From: Tricharina praecox
Lineage: Eukaryota
Direction: 5' to 3'
DNA: 64,000 nucleotides
Assembly (NCBI RefSeq): GCF_024521635.1
Contig: NW_026250405.1
Coordinates: forward strand, 992,001-1,056,000
The notes under the pieces are model-generated. The model was not told where the DNA came from. It saw only the letters and a list, made by a program, of their open reading frames with translations, and made no database searches. How positions within the stretch are numbered: position 1 is the stretch's first letter; every line of letters begins with the position of its first letter. Shown here one piece after another: positions 49,012-60,860 of this stretch. The translations under genes were made by a program, and so were the position numbers.

Positions 49012-50848
49012 ATGGCGCACTCCGACTACGAGGATTCCGACTTCACGGCCGAATCCGAATCGATGATGGATATCGAAGCCGACAGCGACTACGACGAGAT
49101 CAGCTCGCAGTACGACTCTTGCTATTCGTCCGGATCGTCCGTTCTCTTCTCTTTCCCTCTCTCTCTCTCTCTCTCTCTCCGTCGTCTTGTCGTCCCGGAG
49201 AGTAATGACTGACAACTGACACGCCGCTGCGCAGTGACAATACTACTACTCTCTTCTCGGAGGTCACCAACTACAAGTTCGAGCACGGCCGTCGGTTAGA
49301 CACATCCCCACTCCTGCCCATCCGCACCGACGAAAAAACTGACCGCGCACAGCTACCATGCCTACGCCGAAGGTCTCTACTGGGGTCCCAATGACGATAA
49401 GCAGAACCAGCAGCTGGAGATCTTGTGCGTCGCATCACCCCTCTCCCCTCCCCCGGTTCATCGCCTATCCCGGGACTTGGTTGGCTAACAGCACCTCGGG
49501 TCCGACAGCCATCACATCTTCACCATGGTATTAGAGGGCCGCCTCTTCCTATCGCCGATTGAGCAGCCCAAGAAGGTTCTCGATCTCGGAACCGGTACTG
49601 GTACGCATGTCGTGCGCGCGCTCCATTATCAGGATTGCAATGTATCGCTGACGCTGAGGATTGGCTGCAGGTATCTGGGCGATTGAGATGGCCGACTTTC
49701 TCCCCAACTCGCAGATCCTAGGCAATGATTTGAGTCCGGTCCAGCCAACTTGGTTAGATTTCCCCGCGTGAGCCGTACCACCATCCCGTCCCCTCCCCCC
49801 CGTGATACCGCACGCCACGTTACGATGAGATGATCGCGTAGGGTCGTACATGACTGTGGAGGGGGTGGGTATCGCGGATTTATTTGCGTATGACGCTGAC
49901 TGTGTTTCTTCTGCGTACAGGATTCCCGCCAATTGTAAGCGCGCTTTCGAGGGCGAGATACATAACTGAACTGACATAACCCTGCAGGCACCTTCGAGAT
50001 TGACGACTTCCTGCGACCCTGGACTCACACGTCTGGCTCGTTCGACCTCATCTACGCTAGGGGACTCTACGGCTGCGTCGACGAGTGGCCTCAGCTCCTC
50101 AGCCAAGCTTACAACGCGCTAGCCCCCGGCGGTTGGTTCGAGAGCGTCGAAGTGAAGCCTTACTTCTGCACCGAGACCACTCCCGACAACAAGTTGGCCG
50201 AAGGCACCATACTCAAGCGCTGGGGCGAGTTGGCTGTCGAGGCATCCGTCAAGTCGGGACGCCCGTTGGACATCGCTGGTAATGTCGGAGGATGGATGAA
50301 GAGGACCGGCTTCGTGAATGTCTCGGAGAAGCCGTTCAAGGTTCCCTACGGACCCTGGCCGAAGGTAATACATGGATCATAGACTTCAAGTGCCCCTTTT
50401 CGTTGGCTGACGTTGTTTGGCAGGGCGAACGGATGAAGATGATCGGCAAGTTGATGTGCGTCAACGTTCTTGAAGGACTGGGTGAGTTGTTCCTTGAGGC
50501 TACGCTCTGGGGAAAGGGTATGCTAATGGTACGTAGAGGGCTTCACGCTTGCGCTGTTCACTCGTTACCTTGGATGGTCTGCGAAGCAGTATACCGATTT
50601 CCACAACCTGATTGTCACTGAGATGAGGGACCCACACCTGAATCTCTGGGTCCTGATGTAAGCCTCCCCGTCTCCCGCATGACTGATTGTCCTTATGTGC
50701 TCACGTCATCAGGTCCGTCACATACGGTCAGAAACCGTTGAACTCTGACACCCCCATGAGAGACAACGACAGCGCCTACCACAGCGGCACGCCAAGCTTG
50801 ATGCCCCGAAACAGCATGTCCTCTTCCACCGTTGGATCGACCGCTTGA
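49012..50848 (+). CDS. SAM-dependent methyltransferase, LaeA-like/TAM family, ~10 exons
   Basis: YKFEHGRR|YHAY..YWGPNDDKQ, VLDLGTGTG|IWAIEMAD, GNDLSPVQPTWIPANCTFEIDD, FDLIYAR, LAPGGWFE, KVPYGPWPK and VTYGQKP, joined through GT-AG introns. Confidence 0.92.
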
Positions 50849-51973
50849 TCGGCAGCATGCGGACCTTCCACCATCATCGTCAAGTCATACCAATTTCTAC
50901 TTTTTTTTTTACATTGCATTTGCCTCCCTTTTTTTCCTTTTTTTTTCTTCGCTTTTTCTCTTTTCTTTGTCCTCACTCTCATTCTTCCACCTCACGCTAC
51001 TACTACTACCATTTGAATCCGACTTGAATTCCATACCCACTTTGATGAATCTGACGATGTACATGACTGAACTTTACTTACCACCTAGTTACTCTTTTTC
51101 TTTCGCTACTTCTTGTTCGTTACCTTTGTTATTGTTACTTCTGTTGATCTACAAAAGCGGAGTGGGACCGGGGGTCGGGGTTGTGGGCGTGTTCCCTTCT
51201 TTTTTTTTCTTCTTGCTTTTTCTTGCTTTTTCTTCTTCCGTTACTCGGTTCGGTTTGGGGTCTTTCAGTTTCATACATTTTTTTTTCTCTTCCAGAGATC
51301 AGCGATCGTAACAGCCTACTTACTGTTGATGTGGTTGGGGGTGGGGGAATACCCGGGCTGGGGCTGGTTTGGGGCGTACCTATTCTTTTGCGGATGGCTG
51401 GATGCGTGTAAAGGGGGGAGGGGGTGCAAAGAGTGTACATATGCTTGGTTTGATTTGAATGGCTACGGAAGGGATTCAGGTGATTGCTGCATCGGGATGG
51501 TGATGGTGATGCTGATGAAAGGGTGATGTGATCATGAATCTGGTGACACGAGCCCACTGGATGATGGGAGGATGACCGGCGGGCCAGAGACAGTCCACTG
51601 TGCTAACTAGCTAACGGTGGAGGAGACGAGTGATCTTCATGGGGGCGGGTATGAATGTTTTCCGCCACAATTTTTATCCCTTTATGATGAGCCAGTGAAG
51701 GGGCTCGGTGACGTCTACCCATGATCAATGAGGCGGAAACGAGTGAGTACCTATTCCGTAACTCATATCTCCCATTTTTGGTTTAATCATCGTTGCATTC
51801 GAGCTTATCGGATCATGGCAGGTACACTCCGTTTCCACCTCACTGTCCCAAGCTCAAGCGGCAGGCCCGACCTGAATGCGACTCACATCCCCCTTCCAGT
51901 CGATTATCAGCATCCATAACGAGTGATACACCCCATACCCCGTACCCCATCACCAACCAACCGCCTAGGTACT

Positions 51974-52780
51974 CTATTTCGCACCCGCACCCGCCCCCGC
52001 CCCTACATTCCCAGTCCCAGCAAACCTAGCCGCAGCAGCAGCCCTCACCAGCTCCGCCAGCTCGGGCTCCTTCCTCCACTCCATCTCCCCCATCCCGGTC
52101 CCCAGCCCTCCAGCTCCAGCTCCGGCCGCAAGCACGCCCATCTCCATCTCGCCCGTCTCCGTGCCCCGGAACAGTACTAGTGGGCATACGTGCTCCCATT
52201 GCATATCACCTCCTGCTCCTCCGCCGCCGCCGCCGCTGCCGGATTTCTTCTTATTGTTGGGGGAAGGGGTGGTGAGGGCGGATGCGGGTGGGAGAGTGGT
52301 GGGCTGCGGGGCGGCGGGCTGCAGGGTGGCGGGGGGGAGGAGCTGTATTGTTGGTTCGTCTGGTTCGTCTGGTTCGTCTGGTGCGCTGGGGGAGGCGGGG
52401 GAGGCGGGGTCAATGGTAGTAGCCGTGGTGATTATAGTGGTGACAGTGGGCTCAGCATCGTCCGCCGCAACCGGCAGTCGTGCGAGCTGGAGCTCGAGCG
52501 GCCGCGGCATCTGTACCGGCAGCGGCAGCGAGATCCTCCAGCTCCTGGTGGGATAATGTATATCGAGGACTATTCCCGACGGTTCGCACTCTGCAGCAGT
52601 GGGCGGGACTGAGGCTGTGGCTGGAGGGCGCAGAGGCGGATGAAGCGGCTTCTGCACGCGGCTGACGTGCCGGTATGGTGCGCGGTTGGGCGACGGCAGG
52701 AGCAGTGCGAACGGGTTGTGGCTGGCCTGTGATGCCCGGCGCGATAGGCGCCGGCGCTGTTTGCTGCGGCGTTTGGACAT
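51974..52780 (-). CDS. Hypothetical orphan protein (268 aa, basic N-terminus, Pro-rich)
   Basis: ATG in context CACCATG within a GC-rich long ORF. NLS-like MSKRRSKQRRRLSRR and the short motifs DMQWE and EMEWR. No family recognised. Confidence 0.5.
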   Translation of the reverse strand: MSKRRSKQRRRLSRRASQASHNPFALLLPSPNRAPYRHVSRVQKPLHPPLRPPATASVPPTAAECEPSGIVLDIHYPTRSWRISLPLPVQMPRPLELQLARLPVAADDAEPTVTTIITTATTIDPASPASPSAPDEPDEPDEPTIQLLPPATLQPAAPQPTTLPPASALTTPSPNNKKKSGSGGGGGGAGGDMQWEHVCPLVLFRGTETGEMEMGVLAAGAGAGGLGTGMGEMEWRKEPELAELVRAAAAARFAGTGNVGAGAGAGAK

Positions 52781-53800
52781 GGTGGTGGAGTGGGGGGGGT
52801 GGGAATTGTACGGGCGGGGGGAAGGCTGAAGGGGGATATATGCGTGCTTCAAAATCGCTGCGAGCAGTGGGATGGGCGATTTCCCCCCCCCCCCCCCCAC
52901 CCAATGGACGCCTGGCGGCGGATAAAGGATCAAGTCCGTGGCGGATGGAATCTTCACGGGCGAGCTGGAAAGCCTCCCCCGATAGGTAGGTACACTGGAG
53001 ACGCCGGGTGACAAACAGTGATTAGGTAGCGCATACGGCGCGGCCGCGCCGGTTGACTACCTACCTAGCTGTTTCTTTCACGGCCCGAACCGTGGCGATG
53101 GATGAGATGGATGAGATGGATGGATGGATGGATTCTTTATTCCACCTACCCTGGGGCACGCCCGTCTGCCTGAGGGTGGAGGGTGGAGGGTGGAAGAGGT
53201 GGAAAGTGGAGCAAAGAATGTGGAAGACTCGGGGCGTCGCATCATCCCATTATTCCCTCGACAGGATGGTAGGGATAAATGCCATCAGATGGATGAGATG
53301 GGCATCTGAGAGGGTGCATGTCCGCAGCAGCAGTGTGATCCAAGCTTTGGTGGCCAACTCACCAGCCCGGTTGTTCTCGCCACCGTCCTTCGTTTTGGAC
53401 CGTGGAGCTGGGTGGCTGGATGGTTGGGTTTACCGGTATTGCAACAAACTGCCAGGCTGGAGGCGAGACGAAGTCGGCGAGGAGATAGAAGGCCCAAATG
53501 GTGATAGGCACCCGCCAGCTAGGTACTCGAGAGAGCGGAGTGCCCCATTTTGAGTCCCAGATCTGGATCAAGGCTGGCGGTCGGGGATAAAACCTATCAA
53601 CTGGTAAGAGCTCATGGTACTGGGCGAGGAGTGGCTTCTTCGACTAGGAACATAAGGGAAGCTTCAGGCAAGGACGAGCAGCGAGGGAGCAGTGCGCGGT
53701 GAAGCCTAGAATAGTATGTACCGTACCTACTGTAGATACAAAGGAGGTACATAAAGTACTCGGATGCCCTGTTTTTCACACATCACAACTGCAAAGCGAC

Positions 53801-55138
53801 ATGGACGAACTAAAGCAGTTCATGGCGACAGTCAGGGAGGCGGTCCCGGACCTCGTCGAGCGTATAGCAGCAACCACTTCCTCTGTGGGTAACGTCGCCG
53901 CGTCCTCGGTACGCTCCAGAGTTTCGATCTTCTCCAGTGCATCTGTTCGATCTTTTCCCAGGATTCTGGCAGAGACTCGGCTGTACAGGAAAGCGGCCAG
54001 GAACTCTTCAACGCACTCCTTCAAAACTATCGACACGACGGAATCGAAATGGTCTCAGCTCACCGGTCTGAGCCTAGCCCATATATCGAACATATCCGTC
54101 ATCTATCTTCCCATCTACAGTTTCGAGCTGAATAATGGCCATATGTATGAGCAGCAAAAATCCAGCAATAACGTGGTGCAACTTCTCAATATCACAGTAG
54201 GAGGACTCCAACGGTTACAGCGGAGCAGCAGCAAGATGACTACCACGGTTCGGCTTCGCTTGATTCCCGTGACGGAACAAGTCATCATGTTGCACGACGC
54301 AGCTCGCAAGGGAGATAATGCCACGGTTAATACGCTTGTAGAAACGCTAGGAATCCATAAGGACTCCCGGGACGAGGGAGGATATACGGCGTTGCACTAC
54401 GCAGTTATCTTCAAGCAGAGAGATACAGTTCTGCTACTGCTCGACCTCAGTGCAGACACCGAGGCCAAGGCAACCGACGACCGGACGCCGCTTCACCTGG
54501 TAGTCGATAACGGGCACATAGATACACTACAGCTACTACTCGACCGAGGTGCCGAAATCGAGGCCAAGGGCAGCACCGGCTGGACGCCGCTTCACCGGGC
54601 GGCCTGGAAAGGGCACCCGGATACACTGCAACTACTGCTCGACCGCGGTGCAGACATCGAGGCCAAGGGCAGCTCTGGCCGGACGCCGCTTCTCATGGCG
54701 ACTTTGAAAGGGCACACAGATACACTGCGACTACTGCTTGACCGCGGTGCCGAAATCGAAGCCAAGGGCAGCAGCAGCTGGACGCCGCTTCACCTGGCGG
54801 CCTGCAACGGGCACACGGAGACACTGCAACTACTGCTCGGCCGTGGTGCAGACATCGGGGCTAAGGCAACCGATGACTGGACACCGCTTCACCTGGCAGT
54901 CTATAACGGGCACATGGATCCACTGAAACTACTGCTCGAACGGGGTGGTGACATCGCGCCCGAAGATCGAGAGGGTAGGACGGCGGGACAGCTGGCGGTG
55001 CAGAAAAGATACGAGCACATTGCACGGCTGCTCCTTGATCGAGAGACCGCAGACGCTGGCGAGCGTAATGAACCCGAACTCACAGGCTTAATTCATATTT
55101 CCAGCAGGGAAGAACCCCCGCGTGGTCTCGTCGCCTAG
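53801..55138 (+). CDS. Ankyrin-repeat protein (~8 repeats), possibly 5'-truncated
   Basis: Repeated 33-aa units G(W/R)TPLHxAxxxGHxDTLQLLLDRGAxIEAK. The N-terminal segment contains WSQLTGLSLAHISNISVIYLPI. The first in-frame ATG is at 53801. Confidence 0.85.
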   Translation: MDELKQFMATVREAVPDLVERIAATTSSVGNVAASSVRSRVSIFSSASVRSFPRILAETRLYRKAARNSSTHSFKTIDTTESKWSQLTGLSLAHISNISVIYLPIYSFELNNGHMYEQQKSSNNVVQLLNITVGGLQRLQRSSSKMTTTVRLRLIPVTEQVIMLHDAARKGDNATVNTLVETLGIHKDSRDEGGYTALHYAVIFKQRDTVLLLLDLSADTEAKATDDRTPLHLVVDNGHIDTLQLLLDRGAEIEAKGSTGWTPLHRAAWKGHPDTLQLLLDRGADIEAKGSSGRTPLLMATLKGHTDTLRLLLDRGAEIEAKGSSSWTPLHLAACNGHTETLQLLLGRGADIGAKATDDWTPLHLAVYNGHMDPLKLLLERGGDIAPEDREGRTAGQLAVQKRYEHIARLLLDRETADAGERNEPELTGLIHISSREEPPRGLVA

Positions 55139-57278
55139 GTCGTGCAATCGGCGAGGGGAGGTGAGGGAAAGCTTCAAGTTCAACTCGGGCGAAAGACCTT
55201 TGTATTCAGCTCTTGGGATTTCCAAGCTACCCACCGGGGTGGTGATGGTTTTTGTTTTTGTTTTTGTTTTTGGCGTGACGGAGCGAGCACAAGTTGGATA
55301 TCACTCGGTAGTTTTACGTGACACGTCTCACGCTGCCGGCTGTGGAGGCGGGAAGGGGCGAGAACTGGACTAATGAGTACCTTCAATCATTGTTAATGCG
55401 ATTGGATCTTCTATCTCATCCAGCAAATAGTTTCTATACGATCCCCCAACTGCCGGCATTCAGTGTCTGCATACGCTCGCCGCCTCCACCACAACCAAAG
55501 TATTGAAACCCGCGGCGTGGTGGAAGGAGGCGTTTTTGTTATACGTCGATTGATCTTGGTAGTAACTATCCGGATAGTCGAGTTGCTGCAGTGCTGGTCT
55601 AATATCCACCGCATTTGTTGGTCCGTGCTGAGGTCGCGGGTATGTGATCCCGTTTGTCGATCTTCTGTGCAGCCTGCAATACGTCCGCACTCCCTCCCCA
55701 CAAAACTCCCTGACTGCTGCTGCTGCTGGTCCATGAGTATCCGCCGCGTTTGTTGTCGAGTTGGTGTTGTCGTTGTCCAGTTGGTCCCCATGTTCCCACA
55801 AGCGTCTGCACGTTTGCATCGGCCCACGTTGGCACAGCCAGGGTATTAGAAACTAGATTGTGGCGTATGGACGAATGTTGGTGTACTCTACATCTTTCTG
55901 ATTCGCGCAGGTAGTGTGGTGTCCTGCTCCTGGTCGGATGGTTCCTTTTTTGGTTGTTGTTTGTGCTTACCCAAGGCCGGTGGTGGTGGCGGTGGTGAGG
56001 AAGAGGAAGAGGAAGAGGAAGAGGAAGAGGAAGAGAAGAAATAAGGAAGGGAAGTAGAATGTGTGCGGCAGAAGAAGATGGAGCGCTAGTGTTTTCCTTC
56101 GAAGAGTCGAAAGAAACTATCACTCGGTGACAGCCGGGTGGAAAAGGATACATACATCTTATCTGATCTGCCATGATCTATCAAGGTCGAATGCAATGCT
56201 GATTAACCAAACAAATTTGGAGGCGAGAATCCCTACGATGAACTTTATTATCGAGTGAAGGGAGGAAGGAAGCAAAACGTGCGGTGAGGAAGCCAGATCC
56301 CCTACACAGGAGGTAAGACGATACACAAATCGTCATTTCATTCGACCTTACCGTAGTATATCATGGCAGATTACATATCCTTTTTCCACCTGGCTATCAC
56401 CGACCACTAGTCGCCTAAACTGAGCTGCATCGGAACTTCCAAACGCCGCATACCATGTTGGCCGAGTGACAGCTTATGCATGGATAAAACCCAACCGACG
56501 GTATAATTTCCCGCTCGAAACGGGGAAGGGCCGCTCGCTTCACGATACGCGGGTCGGTGATGAGGTCTCGAACGGTGCACTTGGTGGTGCAGCGGTGCTC
56601 TAGGCTTTAGCTCCCGGTGGGATGGGATGGGGCGGAAGCCACGGTGGCCGTGATATTTCACTCTACTCTACTATAACTGCCGGACGGACGGTGGTTATGG
56701 CTTGCGGTGTATTTTACACTACACTAAACTAAAACACAATACAATACATGTACATTACAGTACGGTATGTACCTAATGTACATCCATACATTAGATCAGC
56801 GCTCCACCCAATCACGAGCGATCACCTACGTCTTCCCGCAGTGGCCACGTCAGCCCAGACACTGATTTCCAGGAGCGGACTTTTCTTGAAATTTCCGGTC
56901 CGGCAAACTATGATACCTACCGATAGTCGTCGAAGACCTTGAAACTCTCGACTCCCAAGTCGAGATGATGGTGATCCCCCTTCCCCCTTCCCCCTTCCCC
57001 CCCCCATCCAAGCACCCGAGCACCCGAGAGCACCAATGATATCCAGCGTATCACGTCTCGCGAACGGGGGTCACTCGCTCGCTCGCACTCATGAACCCAG
57101 GAACCCAGGCATCCAGGCACCCAGTGATATCAAAATGTCCAATGTCGCACCTCCCACGAAACAGCCAATAAGCTCTGGACTCTGGCTGGTGGGAAACACT
57201 GGGAATTGCAGGTGGGCGGTTTCAGTAGCCTAGGTAGCCTAGGTGGGGATACATACGCTGCCTACCGTACCCGTACCT

Positions 57279-57321
57279 GGGAAAGTGGGAAGGTGGGAAA
57301 GTGGGAAAGTGGGAAAGTGGG
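57279..57321. repeat. 8-bp tandem repeat (GGGAAAGT)~5
   Basis: Read directly. Confidence 0.85.
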
Positions 57322-60300
57322 AGAAGGCAGAAAGGGGGGTCGCGGTCTCGGACTCTGTTCTTGTTTCCATGTTTCCGTGGTTTCGTGTTTCCGTGAGGCG
57401 GGGGCGGCGGGGTGGGGGTCGTGAGTTGGTCGTTGGTGATATCGCGAGGTTGCGACGGGATAGGTTTGCAGGTAGGTAGGTAGATGATATGTACCCATGG
57501 GCACGGAGATGATGGGGGTGGGGGGTAAATTTGCGTCCCGGGACCGGTAGATGGTGGATGATGGATCCAGTATTTGAGCTTCGAGGGGATAGTACTGGTA
57601 GGATCAGCACGATCTCTGCCCGATACCTTGGAGATGTAGTACGGTACATATGGCTTGTCTCGCTCCGCCCGCAATCTCGGACTCAGTCATCCATGGTACT
57701 CTCTCCCGGCGAGCGCTGCTCCTACTATACCCACTGCGGTTTTCCTGGTACGATAGACCGTAGAATCTCGGATTCTCGACATTGGCCGCACGGGCTACCC
57801 AGAGACCTACCTGTGAGCGAGGAAATCGAGAAATCAAGAAAGGAGTTGGAGCCCACCCATCCAGGTCATCGACCCCCCCCCCCCCCCTCCTCATCCATAG
57901 TCTCTTTTCTTCCACACCCAGCGCCGGCAAAACCTGCTACGCCAGCCAGTAGCCGCCGTCAAGCGTCACAAATAATCACTCGATCGCGTAGTGAGACATC
58001 CAAGGCATCCAAGACGAAACCGATGTAACGAGTAACGAAAGCTCCCCATCATCCGGGCTGCACCAATCTTGACTGACTGGTTGCGTTATTCGGAGCGATC
58101 GACGGAAAGGGGTTCCGATAGCAAATTGGTGCCTCTGCTGCTCGCCATTGGCAAGTGCTGTATCTACCGTACCTACACATCCCCACGGCGGGACTCCGCT
58201 TCCAATGGATGGTCTGGTCCGGTTCCACGAAACGAAACGGAACTTACCCCACTCTTCGCTGCCCGCTCCCCGCCGTTTGTTGCTCGCTGCTCGCTGCTTA
58301 CCGCTCGCTGCTTACCGCTCGCTGCTTACCGCTGACCGCTTACTCACCCTCGTTTCTTTTCCTTGAGCTCGAGTCTCTCGTCTGTGGTGATGAATGTACT
58401 CTATCTATGGATAGAGTATCCACGGTCTAAATCGATCTTGGAATTTCAAGCTGAACTTTGAAGATCAGGGGAGGGGGAGGGGTCGGCGAGTGAGGACGAG
58501 TGAACTCTTCTGTCTATAGTAGAGTACGGAGTTTCGAGCGGTGATCGTATCCGGAGCCATCGAGCGAGCGCCAAGATGCCTCAAGGCCCAGCTGAAGGCT
58601 GAAGGCTGACGGATGATGCCGACGAGGCGTCTCGGACGACCGCGATGAATGAGGGTTTCTGTGTTCCACAAATAAGTCGTTGGAGGAAGCAAGTACACAC
58701 ATACACCACACGCCTCGTTTCGGCCGTTCGAAATAGGAGCCTGTTGACTGTTGACTGTTGATCGTGGAGTCCATGTTCCACAATAGATAGGTATTTCGAG
58801 GTGGAAACTTCTCCGGCTGTCACATATCAATGATCGGACAAAAAATAGATACCTAGATAGGAGAGCGCGCAGTCGAAATGTGTATACCATAGACCATCCA
58901 TTGGGATGATCCAGCTAGGCTGACCGTCGCATGCAATCATCAACGATCAATCAACGCCCAAACAAAAAATAGACATCTGAATAGGATGGCGTGCTATGCA
59001 TACGGAGATCTTCATATATCTACGTCGAGTACTCATGTATGACTTGCATTCCCATGCTCCTGTGCATAAAACCTTTGCGCCCGAGTGGGTGCAATCCCAA
59101 CCTCAACCCCAACCCCAATCCGCAACCCCAATCCGCAACGGCGATAAGACTGAGCTCCACCTCGCTGAGGCAGTTACATATGTACTCCCGTAGTGGTGGC
59201 CGCTTCTCTGCAGAAATTAAATACGGCCTGAAGAAAAGGTGTGCGATTTTGCCGTCACTAGTATACTCTGGAGTGCACTAGTACGGTACCTGCAAAGTGC
59301 ACTGTGCCGTAGGGAGTCGCTTGTACCCCAGAACCTGGAACCTGGCGCGCGAGCGGTGTGATGCCCTACAAATGCCACAGCGACAGCGATTATAGTACAA
59401 GTAGAGTATACACCTCGCCACCACCACCACACGTGCGTACACACCTATACACGGTAACAACGGTACGGGCGCACGCGGACTGAACGCCTGAAAGCGTGAA
59501 AGCGATGACACCTAGCGAAAGCTGGATACACTGTGCACTGTGCACGGTGCAGCTGTGTAGATGTAAGTATCCACACTGTCGGATCACTACGGTACGGCCC
59601 TTGGAATGGAGGGGGGATACATCGGTTAGAACTTAGGTGACAGGTCATAGAAGAGTGGATGGATAGGCGCCGTTGATAGAATATGCCTCCTCTTCCAAGT
59701 CCCCCCACCCCCGCTTCCCCCCTCTTCTCTGCTCATCGAGACTCGAGCGCGCGTCAACTTCCCCATCCCCCTTCTCGAAATGCTCGATCGTCAGCCCCAC
59801 CCGCCGACGCTCTAACGCACTCTGCACTGCACTGGCCGGATCTCTGGCACGGCGTGTTATGCAGCACACCACCGCAGAAACCCCGCGCAGGAGCACAGCA
59901 TGCCGCGATGCTCTCCGCTCTTCGCTCTTCGCTCTCCGGTTATCACAGTTCAGCCTGGCCTGGTCCTGTTCTGATCACAGTTGCACAAGAAAGAGGGGGG
60001 GAGGGCAGGCACCAATCGCAATCCGTAGTTCTATAGTTACTATTGTCGAGGTCGGTTTAAGCCGGATGCTGGAGCTTGGAAAGTTGGGACGAACACTCGG
60101 GGGCCTGAGAGAGGATATGAGAGGAGGGGAGAGGGGAGGAGTGCAGTGGAGAGGAGAGACACCGAGACATCAATACCGAGACATCAATACCGAGACATCG
60201 AGACCGAGACTTCGTTTGTTGAAACTTGAAAGCTTGGAATCGGCCCCTTGCTATTTACTTACCTATTCGTTCGAAGTTCGGAGTTAGAATCGCGAGCTCG

Positions 60301-60806
60301 CTATTCCTCATGCCCGCTTGTGATAGGTACAATAGGTACAATCACTATCAAAGTAGACCGCGATTGCTCTAACAGACGCCGGATCTACATACATTCTGGA
60401 CAGGAGCCCAGTTAAAAGCATTCCAGCCCGACAAAATTGTACATGAGGAAACCCAAGTAGAGTGCGATAAAATCACTGTATATCACTCGCACTGCTGTTT
60501 CCGCTGTAGCGGTTTTAAAATTATCGCAGACACGACTTCAACACAGTGTCGTGCTCGTGCTGGCGCTGACTGTGGCCGCTGGCCGTCGGCCCATGGGGTT
60601 GAGGGGTTGAGGGGTTGAGGGATTGTGCCAGTTTTGCCTGGAATGCCATTGGGCTGATGGCGCATTCAACCCCGCAGCTACTCCATGTACTCTACATAGT
60701 ACGGTAAAGGATGGGGATCAGGATGGGGATGAGGATTGGCATTGGGGGCCGGGTTTGCTGCTGTGACCGGTCGCTGACATGTAGATTCAAACAAATTTTG
60801 ATTTCG

Positions 60807-60811
<5 letters not shown>

Positions 60812-60857
<46 letters not shown>
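60812..60857. repeat. (TC)n microsatellite, ~23 units
   Basis: Read directly. Confidence 0.97.
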
Positions 60858-60860
<3 letters not shown>

